Of a stretch of 34,835 bases of DNA, positions 1 to 9,249 are shown piece after piece (positions within the stretch are counted from its first letter, which is position 1; every line of letters begins with the position of its first letter). The translations under genes and the position numbers were made by a program. The notes under the pieces are model-generated. The model was not told the origin of the DNA. It did not search any database and was given only the letters and a program-made list of their open reading frames with translations. Source of the stretch: Bacteroidales bacterium (GTDB lineage: Bacteria > Bacteroidota > Bacteroidia > Bacteroidales > Prolixibacteraceae); NCBI GenBank assembly GCA_038209805.1, contig JBBQXI010000001.1, positions 1-34,835 of the forward strand. Direction: 5' to 3'.

Positions 1-1748
1 AGTATCCTGTGAACCATTACATCTGGATAGCGCCTGATGGGTGAAGTAAAATGGGTGTAATATTCGAAAGAAAGTCCGTAGTGGCCAATGTTTCGGGTCG
101 AATAAACGGCTTTGGCCATGGTCCGGATGGCCAGCGTTTCAATTACATTTTGCTCATTTTTCCCTTTCACATTGGTCATCAGCAGATTCATCGATTTTGA
201 AATTTGCCCAGGAGTACCCAATTGCAATATGTATCCAAATTTATGGATGAAATGATTGAAATTCATTAGTTTATCAGGATCCGGTTTGTCGTGAATACGA
301 TAAACAAAAGTTTTGGCGGTTTTTTTATCGTCAGTTTTGCCAATGAATTCGGCAACCCGTTTGTTGGCCAGGAGCATGAATTCTTCGACCAACTGATTAC
401 TTTCTTTTGCTTCTTTGAAATAAACCGAAAGCGGTTTGCCATTTTCGTCAATGTCGAATTTGACCTCGACCCGTTCAAAGGCTATAGATCCGTGCTTGAA
501 ACGGGCTTCGCGCAGCTTAATTGCCAGCCGGTTCATTGTAAGCACTTCGTCTTTGAGCTCGCCCTCGCCGCTTTCGATAATGGCCTGTGCATCTTCGTAG
601 GCAAATCGTTTGTCGGAATGAATCACAGTTCGTCCAAACCATTGATTTTGAATTTCTGAATCATCGTTCAATTGAAAAATAGCCGAAAAGCAAAGTTTAT
701 CTTCATTTGGTCGTAAAGAACAGACTCCATTCGATAATTTCTCAGGAAGCATAGGTACAACCCGGTCGACTAAATAAACTGAAGTGGCGCGTGAGTATGC
801 TTCTTCATCGAGGATTGTTCCGGGAGTTACATAGTACGAAACATCGGCAATATGAACTCCAATTTCCCAGAAGCCATTTTCGAGTTTTTGAATCGAAAGA
901 GCGTCGTCAAAATCCTTGGCATCTTTCGGGTCAATGGTAAACGTAGTAACTCCGCGCATATCGCGGCGGCGTAATATTTCTTCCAGCGAAATTTCGTCAG
1001 GTATCTTTTCTGCTGCTTTCAGAACATTTTCGGGGAATCGCAAAGGCAAGTCATATTCAGCCAAAATAGCGTGCATTTCGGTATTGTTGTCGCCAACATT
1101 ACCCAGCACTTCAATAATCTCTCCAAATGGATTCTTGGCACGGGCTGGCCACTCCGTGATTTTGGCAATTGCCTTTTGTCCGTCTTTGGCACCATTCAGC
1201 TTTTCGTTCGGGATAAATAAGTCGAATCCGGTTTTCCCGGTAGGAATAAAAAAAGCATAATTGTTCGATTTGGAAATAGTTCCGACAAAAGTTGATTTGG
1301 CACGCTCCACAATTTCAACGACTTCGCCTTCAACCTGTTGTTTTTTGCGGATAGCGAATAGCTGAACCTTAACTTTGTCGCCTTCCATGGCATGGTTCAG
1401 GTTTCGGCTCGATACCAAAATTGGCTTATCAAACTCTTCCGAAACAATGTAGGCATAGCCTTGAGGTTGTATTTCAACTTTCCCCAAAACAGCCCCACTG
1501 CGCGATTGAAGTTTATATTTTCCACGCTGAACGCTATAAAGATTCTTGGTTTCAGTCAGTTCTTCCAACACCACAAAAACCAGTTTGGTAATTTCCTGAT
1601 CTTTAATTTTAAGAAGTTCAGCTATTTGTTTGTAGTTATATGTCCGTTCGGGGTTATCCAGAAACAAAGTAAGGATGGCATTTTTAAGTTTTGGCTTATT
1701 AAATGTTTCAACCAGTTTTTCTATTTTATGTTTTTTATTCTTTGCCAT
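1..1748 (-). CDS. rnr: Ribonuclease R (partial, 3' end runs off the window)
   Basis: Hand translation of the minus strand from ATG at 1748 (MAKNKKHKIEKL...). The same frame gives the RNB motifs TIDPKDAKDFDDALS (~895-945) and HYGLSFEYYTHFTSPIRRYPDVMVHR (~5-85). Absent from the ORF track because the stop lies outside the window. Confidence 0.95.
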   Translation of the reverse strand, partial: MAKNKKHKIEKLVETFNKPKLKNAILTLFLDNPERTYNYKQIAELLKIKDQEITKLVFVVLEELTETKNLYSVQRGKYKLQSRSGAVLGKVEIQPQGYAYIVSEEFDKPILVSSRNLNHAMEGDKVKVQLFAIRKKQQVEGEVVEIVERAKSTFVGTISKSNNYAFFIPTGKTGFDLFIPNEKLNGAKDGQKAIAKITEWPARAKNPFGEIIEVLGNVGDNNTEMHAILAEYDLPLRFPENVLKAAEKIPDEISLEEILRRRDMRGVTTFTIDPKDAKDFDDALSIQKLENGFWEIGVHIADVSYYVTPGTILDEEAYSRATSVYLVDRVVPMLPEKLSNGVCSLRPNEDKLCFSAIFQLNDDSEIQNQWFGRTVIHSDKRFAYEDAQAIIESGEGELKDEVLTMNRLAIKLREARFKHGSIAFERVEVKFDIDENGKPLSVYFKEAKESNQLVEEFMLLANKRVAEFIGKTDDKKTAKTFVYRIHDKPDPDKLMNFNHFIHKFGYILQLGTPGQISKSMNLLMTNVKGKNEQNVIETLAIRTMAKAVYSTRNIGHYGLSFEYYTHFTSPIRRYPDVMVHRI

Positions 1749-1915
1749 TTTTGGGGTATTAAAATTCACATGTAAGGTAGCAAACATTTTTCGAAACATG
1801 GATTTAGATAGGCATCTATTTCCCAAGATGAAGTTAGATTTAACCTGATTAACAAAATTTCAGATTCTTTTCAGTTTGTTATTTCTTTTTGACATCGTTT
1901 CACATAATCGAGATG

Positions 1916-1923
1916 TATTTTTG
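1916..1923 (+). promoter_or_regulatory. Bacteroidota -7 promoter element TATTTTTG upstream of a candidate sRNA
   Basis: Matches TAnnTTTG and is followed ~50 nt later by an intrinsic terminator with no gene-length ORF between. Confidence 0.4.
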
Positions 1924-1970
1924 TGGGAGATAAAAGCAGAACAAAAACAAGTGCAGAAAACAGAACATTG

Positions 1971-2010
1971 GCCGGACATACTGAATTTCAGTTTGTCCGG
2001 CTTTTATTTT
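1971..2010 (+). terminator. Rho-independent terminator-like hairpin
   Basis: Stem GCCGGACA/TGTCCGGC with inner ACTG/CAGT pairing, followed by TTTTATTTT. Confidence 0.7.
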
Positions 2011-2073
2011 AGAAGTGTTTAATGCCTGAAGGTTAATTTTGTACATTCGTTGATTGGTAATGATTTTTGAACA

Positions 2074-4005
2074 ATGAAGAAATTAATCTTCCTGATTTTG
2101 ACTCTTGCAGTGCAGTTGGTTCAGGCACAGGCTCCTGATCCTGATTTCAATGACAAGGCAGCTTTCAACGACAGCCGTATTTATCAGAAGTCGGCTGGTT
2201 TTGCCGAATCAGCTGATTATGAATCCACAGATGTGATATATCAGCGACTGAATTTTACGGTCGATCCCGCTGTAAATTACATTTCAGGATCGGTCTTTTC
2301 TTTCGTAAAATTTCTGAAGGAAGATGTTCCCCAAGTTCAGTTTGATTTGGCCGATGTGTTGATCGTTGACTCGGTTCAGTACAACCATAAGATGATTGTT
2401 TTTCAGCATTCAGTGAATAAAATCAGTGTTACTTTACCTTCGTTGGCTGTTAAAAACTCGATTGGTTCTGTTGAGATTTTTTATCACGGAGCGCCTCTTC
2501 AGAATGGAATGGGTTCTTTTGTAACTTCAACGCACAATAATAATTCAATAATTTGGACATTATCAGAACCATATGGAGCAAAGGATTGGTGGCCTTGCAA
2601 GGAGAGTTTGACTGATAAAATTGATTCATTGGATGTTTACATCACTTGTCCTCAGCAATATATGGCAGCCAGTAATGGTAAATTGATCGAGGATAAAACA
2701 TCAGGACAAAATCGAACGGCACATTGGTCGCACCGGTTCCCGATAGCCACTTATTTGATCGGAATTGCTGTTACGAATTACGAAACTTATTCTGACTTTC
2801 TCGATTTGGCGAATGGGGAAAGAATTGAAGTTCTCAATTACGTTTATCCGGAGTACCTAAACACTGCAAAAGGCAAATCGGCTGACATACTTAATATTCT
2901 GTCATTCTACAATTCGAAATTTATAACGTACCCATTTGCCAGCGAAAAATACGGACACGCACAGTTTGGATGGGGCGGGGGAATGGAGCACCAGACCATG
3001 AGTTTCATGACTAATCTGGATTTTGAACTGGTGGCTCACGAAATGGCGCATCAATGGTTTGGCGATTACATTACACTGGCAAGCTGGCACGACATCTGGC
3101 TTAACGAAGGTTTTGCAACCTATCTTACCGGACTAACCTACGAAAACTTGCTGAACGGCCAATATTGGCAGAATTGGAAGAATAATCAAGTCAATAAGAT
3201 TACGTCCTTGCCAGATGGTTCGGTATATGTGGCTGATACAACTAATATCAACCGGATATTCAATGGCAGGCTATCGTATTCGAAAGGAGCGTACCTGCTT
3301 CATATGTTAAGATGGGAAATGGGCGACCAAAATTTCTTCAAGGGAATGAAAAACTATTTGAACGATTCTGGAATCGCCAACGGATTTGCCAGTCAGGAAA
3401 AACTGGTGAAACATATGGAGGCTGTTGCAGATACTTCTTTCACTGAATTTTTTAAAGACTGGTACTACAGCGAAGGATATCCAACTTACCGGCTCACTTA
3501 TTACACCGATTATGGAAAGCAAAAGCTTCGGATCAGTCAAACTTCTTCGAATTCTTCGGTTGACTTTTTCGAAATGCACATTCCGGTTAGGGTTTGGAAA
3601 GACGGAAAATATTCCGATCTGCGACTTTATAACACGGTTCAAAACCAGGTGTTTGTAATTTCAGATACCAAAGTTGACCGGATAGAGTTTGATCCGGATA
3701 AATGGTTAATCTCCAAGGCAGATATAGTCGATGCGGTAATGAATGTTTCAGAAATCGGAGCTATTCAGATTATTCCTGAAAATAAATCAAAAATTATCAG
3801 GGTTTTACTTCCTGAATATTCGGTGGAGGGAACGCTCCGAATTGTAGATTTAAGTGGCCGGATTGTGAAAAACTGCGAATTATTCGGAACCGATTCCAAA
3901 ATAGCAATCAGCGATTTGCGAAGTGGATTTTATTTGGTTGAAGTGCAATCGGGTAAATTAAAGAAAACCGAAAAGGTTCTACTCAGCCCACGTCAGGCTG
4001 AATAG
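2074..4005 (+). CDS. M1 family zinc aminopeptidase with C-terminal T9SS sorting domain
   Basis: Signal peptide, GGMEH exopeptidase motif, HEMAH-x18-E (WLNEGFA), YSKGA tyrosine motif, and a CTD-like tail (IVDLSGRIVK...LRSGFYLVEV...KTEKVLL). Confidence 0.9.
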   Translation: MKKLIFLILTLAVQLVQAQAPDPDFNDKAAFNDSRIYQKSAGFAESADYESTDVIYQRLNFTVDPAVNYISGSVFSFVKFLKEDVPQVQFDLADVLIVDSVQYNHKMIVFQHSVNKISVTLPSLAVKNSIGSVEIFYHGAPLQNGMGSFVTSTHNNNSIIWTLSEPYGAKDWWPCKESLTDKIDSLDVYITCPQQYMAASNGKLIEDKTSGQNRTAHWSHRFPIATYLIGIAVTNYETYSDFLDLANGERIEVLNYVYPEYLNTAKGKSADILNILSFYNSKFITYPFASEKYGHAQFGWGGGMEHQTMSFMTNLDFELVAHEMAHQWFGDYITLASWHDIWLNEGFATYLTGLTYENLLNGQYWQNWKNNQVNKITSLPDGSVYVADTTNINRIFNGRLSYSKGAYLLHMLRWEMGDQNFFKGMKNYLNDSGIANGFASQEKLVKHMEAVADTSFTEFFKDWYYSEGYPTYRLTYYTDYGKQKLRISQTSSNSSVDFFEMHIPVRVWKDGKYSDLRLYNTVQNQVFVISDTKVDRIEFDPDKWLISKADIVDAVMNVSEIGAIQIIPENKSKIIRVLLPEYSVEGTLRIVDLSGRIVKNCELFGTDSKIAISDLRSGFYLVEVQSGKLKKTEKVLLSPRQAE

Positions 4006-4029
4006 CTTTGCTTCCGGCAATAAATTAAA

Positions 4030-4548
4030 TTATTCGGGTACGTTTTGTGTTGGCGGAACTACTGGTGGTGTTGATGGAGGAGCCGCAACCGGTTTTGGTT
4101 CTTTGTAAAGTTTTACTTGAACTGCAGTTGGCCCTTTTTGCCCCATTTCTACTTCGTAATTAACAAGGTTTCCCTCTTTAATGTCTTCGAGAAGATTATT
4201 TACATGCACAAAAACGCTTTCCTGAGTTTCTAAATCACGGATGAATCCGAACCCTTTTGAAGTGTTGAAGAAAGTCACAGAACCTTTTCTGATCGGATCG
4301 AAAACTTGATTTGGATCACTTTTTGGTATGCTGATTTCAATATCTTCAAGATTAATTACTTTTTTAAGGGAAGGATCCGGAGGAGTTGAAGTGATCATCC
4401 CATTTTCGTCAACATAGGCTATCATATCGTCAAAGCTGCCCTTATCACTATCTTTCCGGGTCATCTTTTTCATTTCTTTTTCTTTTCTCTTTTTCTCTTT
4501 CTTATTTCTTACTTCTTTTTTGTTGAACGATTCTTGTGATCTACTCAT
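4030..4548 (-). CDS. Cold-shock domain protein (Bacteroidota long form)
   Basis: GSVTFFNTSKGFGFI (RNP1) and VFVH (RNP2), a Lys/Glu-rich N-terminal extension and a Pro-rich tail. Confidence 0.9.
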   Translation of the reverse strand: MSRSQESFNKKEVRNKKEKKRKEKEMKKMTRKDSDKGSFDDMIAYVDENGMITSTPPDPSLKKVINLEDIEISIPKSDPNQVFDPIRKGSVTFFNTSKGFGFIRDLETQESVFVHVNNLLEDIKEGNLVNYEVEMGQKGPTAVQVKLYKEPKPVAAPPSTPPVVPPTQNVPE

Positions 4549-4569
4549 GTTTCAATTTAATTTTATGTA

Positions 4570-4608
4570 CAAATATAATTTCCGTATAAAAATGCAAATA
4601 TTTGCATT
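4570..4608 (-). promoter_or_regulatory. Promoter of the cold-shock gene with a nearby perfect palindrome
   Basis: Minus-strand TATATTTG at 4570-4577 and the 18-bp palindrome AATGCAAATATTTGCATT at 4591-4608. Confidence 0.55.
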
Positions 4609-5018
4609 AATTCCCAAGTCAGTATTTTCCCCAAATGTACACTTTTAATTTAGTGTTTTGAAATATTTCTGTTTTTAACCATGTATTGAACACCCGAAAT
4701 GCTCATTTAATCACAGCTTTAGCTATTCTTCCATGGTTTTTTTTTCGAAAATTCCAGCTAAATTTGGCAAGACTGTTCAAAAGGCAGTTGAAAATTCGTC
4801 ATCCCAGATCGTTTTTGTACTTCATTTCCGTAATTCTTTGCACCAGGATTCATGCTCATGAACACTGCTACGCAACCTTTTCGTCTGACATCACCTGTGG
4901 TCAATACGATTGTTCAAAAATAGCCTGCATGAGAAAATCTTACTTTTTGTATTGATTAGATTTGACCTGATGACAAGCGCACAAAGCCGCAGCACCATTG
5001 ATATTTAGGGGTCGACAG

Positions 5019-5060
5019 AAAAATGCCCGCTGGAACAAATGGTGTTCATGCGGGCATTTC
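5019..5060 (-). terminator. Intrinsic terminator downstream of the GH29 gene
   Basis: Inverted repeat AAATGCCCGC...GCGGGCATTT with a T-tract on the minus strand, ~27 nt after the stop. Confidence 0.75.
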
Positions 5061-5086
5061 AGCATAAAAATTTTATCTGAAAATAG

Positions 5087-6649
5087 CTATTTCTTAAATT
5101 CAATTTTAAACGTAGCGACTTGCCATTCGGGTAATTTAGTCGGTTTGTTGATGACCAATGCATCGTCTTCCTGTTTCCATGTCAGTTTTTCGTTGCTGCC
5201 CAAAAGTTTAACTGACGCAACGGTTTTGCTGCTCACTTTGCTATTTTTCCCCAGAGAAGTAATCTTGATATCTCCAGATGGTTTGCTCATGCAGAAAGCA
5301 TAAAGAGTTTCTCCTTTGGTTGTGAAACGAATGTCGTTCGACTCGTATGGACGGACATCTTTTACTCCGCCAAATTGCCCTTTGGCCTGATTTTTTGAAG
5401 TTGAAGGTCCTTCACCGTAGATTTTCCATGGGCGGGTTCCATAAATGGCTTCGCCGTTTGCTGGTGTCCATTTTGCAATTTCGTCCAGAATATTTAGCAC
5501 ATCTGGTTCAAGGTCGCCTTCCGGAGTTTGAACTACGTTGATGAGAAGGTTTCCGTTTTTACTTACAATATCAACCAACATCTGAATCACTTCGGTTCCG
5601 GTCATGTATTTCTGGCCAGTACGGTAATACCAATCACCAATGGAGGTGTCGGTTTGCCATGGGTAAGGGCTGATTGAATCCAAAGCACCGCGCTCAACAT
5701 CCTGAACCCAGCGGCCTTTCGATGCGCGTAATTTGGCTGTGTAAACCGCATCCAATTTTCCATTGTTTTTAGCCATATCCTGATTGTAATAATGAGCCAG
5801 CATGGTACGACCAACTTCGCCAAAAGGCAATTCGCTGTCAGAATAAAGCAGGTCTGGATGGTACATATCGATCAGTTCGGTAATTTTTGCCAGCCAGTCT
5901 TTCTGATTTTCAGGATCATTGGTTAACCATTCTTTGTCGTCAGGTGCGGCTTTTTTATGATACAAATCGGCATATTGTTCATCGTTCCCATCGTAAGGCA
6001 CTCCAGCAAGAGGTCCGGTTTTGTCTGCTCCGCGGGCGGCTTGGAACCAAGTATAACTGGCGCCCAGGTGTTCCGAAACTCCAAAGCGTAAACCTTCTTT
6101 TTTGGCAGCTTTTTGCCACAAGCCAACTACATCTTTCTTTGGACCCATATTCACCGAATTCCATTTGTGGAGTTTCGAGTTCCAGAGAAAAAAATTGTCG
6201 TGGTGGGTTCCCATGCTGACAAAATATTTGGCGCCCACTTTTTTGTACAGAGCCATCAGTTTTTCAGGATCCCAGCGCTCTGCTTTCCAGAGTGGAATTA
6301 TGTCTTTGTACCCGAATTTTGATGGATGTCCGTAATGTGCAACATGGTAGGTATAATCTTCATCGGGCTTATCGCTGAAGGCATTTTTACTCCAGTCCCA
6401 ACCCTGATTCTGATACATTCTCTTTGCATACCAGTCGCCCTGACGAGGCACGGCCTGAGGTCCCCAGTGTGCCCAGATACCAAATTTGGCATCGCGAAAC
6501 CATTCGGGATATTGATACTCTTTGAATGACTCGTCGGTTGTTGTAAATTTTGTTGGCAGTGCTTTTTTCTGTTGTGCTGAAATCGATATTCCGAGTACAA
6601 TAAAAAGCAAACTTGTTAGCCTGATTTTTTTGAATAGGTTAGTTCCCAT
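5087..6649 (-). CDS. GH29 glycoside hydrolase (alpha-L-fucosidase family), secreted
   Basis: Signal peptide, PEWFRDAKFGIWAHWG, HHDNF, LLYSD nucleophile region, WQTDTSIGDWYY, DIVSKNGNLLIN, NGEAIYGTRPW and a C-terminal beta-sandwich. Confidence 0.9.
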   Translation of the reverse strand: MGTNLFKKIRLTSLLFIVLGISISAQQKKALPTKFTTTDESFKEYQYPEWFRDAKFGIWAHWGPQAVPRQGDWYAKRMYQNQGWDWSKNAFSDKPDEDYTYHVAHYGHPSKFGYKDIIPLWKAERWDPEKLMALYKKVGAKYFVSMGTHHDNFFLWNSKLHKWNSVNMGPKKDVVGLWQKAAKKEGLRFGVSEHLGASYTWFQAARGADKTGPLAGVPYDGNDEQYADLYHKKAAPDDKEWLTNDPENQKDWLAKITELIDMYHPDLLYSDSELPFGEVGRTMLAHYYNQDMAKNNGKLDAVYTAKLRASKGRWVQDVERGALDSISPYPWQTDTSIGDWYYRTGQKYMTGTEVIQMLVDIVSKNGNLLINVVQTPEGDLEPDVLNILDEIAKWTPANGEAIYGTRPWKIYGEGPSTSKNQAKGQFGGVKDVRPYESNDIRFTTKGETLYAFCMSKPSGDIKITSLGKNSKVSSKTVASVKLLGSNEKLTWKQEDDALVINKPTKLPEWQVATFKIEFKK

Positions 6650-6788
6650 AGTGTTAGTTTTAAATTTTAATTCAAGGTTTTTCTTAGGTAAAGGAATAGG
6701 TATGATGAAACTCTCCTAAAAAGGAGAGTCTATAGCAATTAAGAGTGTTTGCTGAGTTTATTTCAGCACATGCCGAAAATGCAGTGAT

Positions 6789-7871
6789 TTACAGGTATTG
6801 ATCCAATTTCCGTTTTGTAATTTCTCCGACCACGCCTTTGATTTCTTCGGCCTGATCGCGTTTACAAACTAAAATGGTATCGCCATCTTTCACCACAATC
6901 ACATCGTCCATCCCAACAACAGCGACTAAGCTGCCCGGAGCATAAACATATGAGTTTTTTGTATCCTGAAAAATGACCTCGCCAACGTGTGCATTCTGGT
7001 TTTCGTCTTTTCGCTGGTCGTATTTGTAAACTTCTTCCCAACTTCCCAGATCGTTCCAAACAAAATCGCCCTGCACCAGAAAGACGTTATCAGCTTTTTC
7101 CATGATGCCATAATCAATCGAAATTGAATCGACTTGGTTGTAAATTTTGTCCAGAACCTGCTCATAGCTCGCCGTTCCGATGGTTTCTGCAATTTTTTGC
7201 AGGTCGGCATACAATTTTGGAGCGTATTTTTGAACGGCTTCCAGAAAAACAGAAACTTTAAACACAAAAATTCCGGCATTCCAGAAAAATTTTCCGGAGT
7301 CGACATACGATTGAGCAGTTTCCAGATTAGGCTTTTCGACAAAGCGATTGACCGCAAACGATTTGATGGTTTGACCAATTTTAATTTCATCGGCAATCTC
7401 GATGTATCCGTAACCAGTTGCCGGGGCGTTCGGAGTAATTCCGATGGTCACAATTCCATTCTTTTCTTCTGCTATTTTTGCTGCCGATTCAATGGTTTCC
7501 TGAAACAGTTTGTCGTTTTGGGTCAGGTGGTCGGCTGGCGAAACAATCATGATTCCGTCGGGATCGTTTTTGGCAATAAACAAAGCTGCCAGTCCGATCG
7601 CCGGGAGTGTGTTTTTTCCGACCGGTTCGTAAATCAGATTTTCTTTCAGAAGCCTCGAAGTTTGTTGTTCCAAAACCTCTTTTTGCCCTTTGTTTGAAAC
7701 TACGTAAATACTTTCATCAGGAATAAAATTGGCGAAACGGCTGATGGTAGCCTGAATTAGCGATTCGTTTCCGAAAATCGTCAGAAATTGTTTTGGGTTT
7801 GCCTTGCGGCTTCTTGGCCAAAAACGAGTGCCAGATCCACCGGCCATTATCAAACAATGAAATTTACTCAT
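6789..7871 (-). CDS. manC: Mannose-1-phosphate guanylyltransferase (ManC-like, no C-terminal PMI cupin)
   Basis: IMAGGSGTRFWPRSR..PKQFL, EPVGKNT, PADH, TGYGYI, FVEKP, WNAGIF, SIDYGIMEK and WNDLGSW. ATG at 7871 is preferred over TTG at 7895. Confidence 0.88.
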   Translation of the reverse strand: MSKFHCLIMAGGSGTRFWPRSRKANPKQFLTIFGNESLIQATISRFANFIPDESIYVVSNKGQKEVLEQQTSRLLKENLIYEPVGKNTLPAIGLAALFIAKNDPDGIMIVSPADHLTQNDKLFQETIESAAKIAEEKNGIVTIGITPNAPATGYGYIEIADEIKIGQTIKSFAVNRFVEKPNLETAQSYVDSGKFFWNAGIFVFKVSVFLEAVQKYAPKLYADLQKIAETIGTASYEQVLDKIYNQVDSISIDYGIMEKADNVFLVQGDFVWNDLGSWEEVYKYDQRKDENQNAHVGEVIFQDTKNSYVYAPGSLVAVVGMDDVIVVKDGDTILVCKRDQAEEIKGVVGEITKRKLDQYL

Positions 7872-7885
7872 AATTGTAGTTTTAG

Positions 7886-8010
7886 AAAGTGCCAAAGTAA
7901 ATAAAAGTGCCTAGAGTGCCTAGAGTTCGGAGTGCCTAGAATAAAAAATCAGGAATACTGTTTTTCATTTAATTTTAGGCACTCTAGGCACTTTAGTTCA
8001 CTCTAAACTT
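7886..8010. repeat. Inverted pair of short 9-bp tandem-repeat arrays
   Basis: Left arm has AGTGCCTAG-like units at 7886-7940. Right arm has complementary CTAGGCACT-like units at 7973-8010. The spacer is ~30 bp and AT-rich. Confidence 0.8.
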
Positions 8011-8012
8011 CT

Positions 8013-9149
8013 TCAATAGCGAACTTTAATTTTTACAGCGCCTTCGATGGCTTCTTCCGAAGCAACAACGGCATATCCGCCACCACAACCTGAGGTTATT
8101 GCACCCGGATATTTACCGATGTATTTGCTTTCCATTTCTTCCAGAACCCATTCGGGAACCGTATTCGGAAGTATTTTCTTCCAAACATAGAAAGTTTCAG
8201 TCATCGATTCACCAAGCAAGTTAACATTTTTTGAGAGAATTGCTTCGTAGCATTTTATTCCGGCATCGCCCAATTCTTTCACATATTCGGGTTTCAGGTT
8301 TTGATCGACCAAAGGATCGTATCCATTTGGACGAGGCGACATTGGAACCAAATGCAAAACATTCGATAGCCATTCGCAGGTTTCCTTATCGAACGTATTT
8401 TCAATATTCGAAGGCCAGTATTCGCCATCGTAATCGAGCCGGCTGATTCCCGGAACCAAAATGCCAAGTTGATCCTGAGATCCAGAGATGTATTGGCTTC
8501 CGGGAGGATTTTCGGCTCCAAATAGAAGTTGGGCATTGCGAACCTGATCACCTTCTGGAATTTTTCCACCCCAAATTTCATGGGCAATTTTACGTGAGCT
8601 GGTCGCCATTCCCGAGCGATCGTGGAATTCGATGGTTGGCCAGATTTGAGCAACTACCACTGATCCGCGATGAACTTTGGAAACCCACGGTTGATCCATC
8701 CAACCTCCGGCAATACAAACGCGGTAAGGAAATTGAAGCTCTTTTTTCGAACTTGAACTTGATCGTGCAGGTAATCCTTCTTCAGGAATACGTTCCAGAA
8801 CAACTAATTCAACATTATTCTCTTTGCATATTCTTGCTTTTCCTTCTGTGAAACCGTCGGTATTTACAATAAACAAATCAGGTTTCAGGCGTTTCATATC
8901 TTCCTCAAAATCGAGCATTCCCATGCCTGTTGAAACAAATGCTTCGGTTACATATTTTAAAGCGCCAACCATGTAAACCCTTTCTTCCTGCGAAAAATAA
9001 GGCTTTTTACCTTTCAGTTTGAAAAGATTCTCGTCCTGGCCAACGCTGACATAAAGTTTACCGTATTGTGATGCCGTTTTAAAAAAGGCAACGTGTCCGG
9101 CATGAAGAAGATCATAACAGCCACTGACCAATACTTTTTTATCGCTCAT
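8013..9149 (-). CDS. Bifunctional cytidylyltransferase-family nucleotidyltransferase / GHMP-family sugar kinase
   Basis: N-terminal GCYDLLHAGH (HxGH), ER..V and RSSS motifs. C-terminal GHMP motifs PYRVCIAGGWMD, RSGMATSS, SGSQDQ and SGCGGGY, resembling fucokinase/HddA. Confidence 0.8.
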   Translation of the reverse strand: MSDKKVLVSGCYDLLHAGHVAFFKTASQYGKLYVSVGQDENLFKLKGKKPYFSQEERVYMVGALKYVTEAFVSTGMGMLDFEEDMKRLKPDLFIVNTDGFTEGKARICKENNVELVVLERIPEEGLPARSSSSSKKELQFPYRVCIAGGWMDQPWVSKVHRGSVVVAQIWPTIEFHDRSGMATSSRKIAHEIWGGKIPEGDQVRNAQLLFGAENPPGSQYISGSQDQLGILVPGISRLDYDGEYWPSNIENTFDKETCEWLSNVLHLVPMSPRPNGYDPLVDQNLKPEYVKELGDAGIKCYEAILSKNVNLLGESMTETFYVWKKILPNTVPEWVLEEMESKYIGKYPGAITSGCGGGYAVVASEEAIEGAVKIKVRY

Positions 9150-9180
9150 AAGTTATTTTGTTATTTTATTTTCAGAATAA

Positions 9181-9237
9181 ACAGTTTCTCAATTTTCCTG
9201 AAACCCAATAAAACTGGTCGGAAAATTGAGAAACTGT
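9181..9237. repeat. Perfect 18-bp inverted repeat (intergenic hairpin)
   Basis: ACAGTTTCTCAATTTTCC (9181-9198) / GGAAAATTGAGAAACTGT (9220-9237). Confidence 0.85.
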
Positions 9238-9249
9238 AACTATCCTGTT

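Noticed and set aside
266-1775. Short ORFs at 266-478, 291-659, 916-1260, 1196-1393 and 1392-1775
   Set aside because: They are shadow or off-frame ORFs overlapping the real rnr frame.
4686-4955. 89-aa TTG ORF in the large csp-GH29 intergenic region
   Set aside because: It has a weak start, no recognisable motif and atypical composition. A TAAATTTG element near 4759 is not enough to call a transcript.
6710-6729. 8-bp hairpin ACTCTCCT/AGGAGAGT between manC and GH29
   Set aside because: It is short with a poor U-tract, so it cannot be called a terminator.
7886-8010. Repeat array as a CRISPR array
   Set aside because: Units are only 9 bp with no unique spacers, and there are no cas genes.
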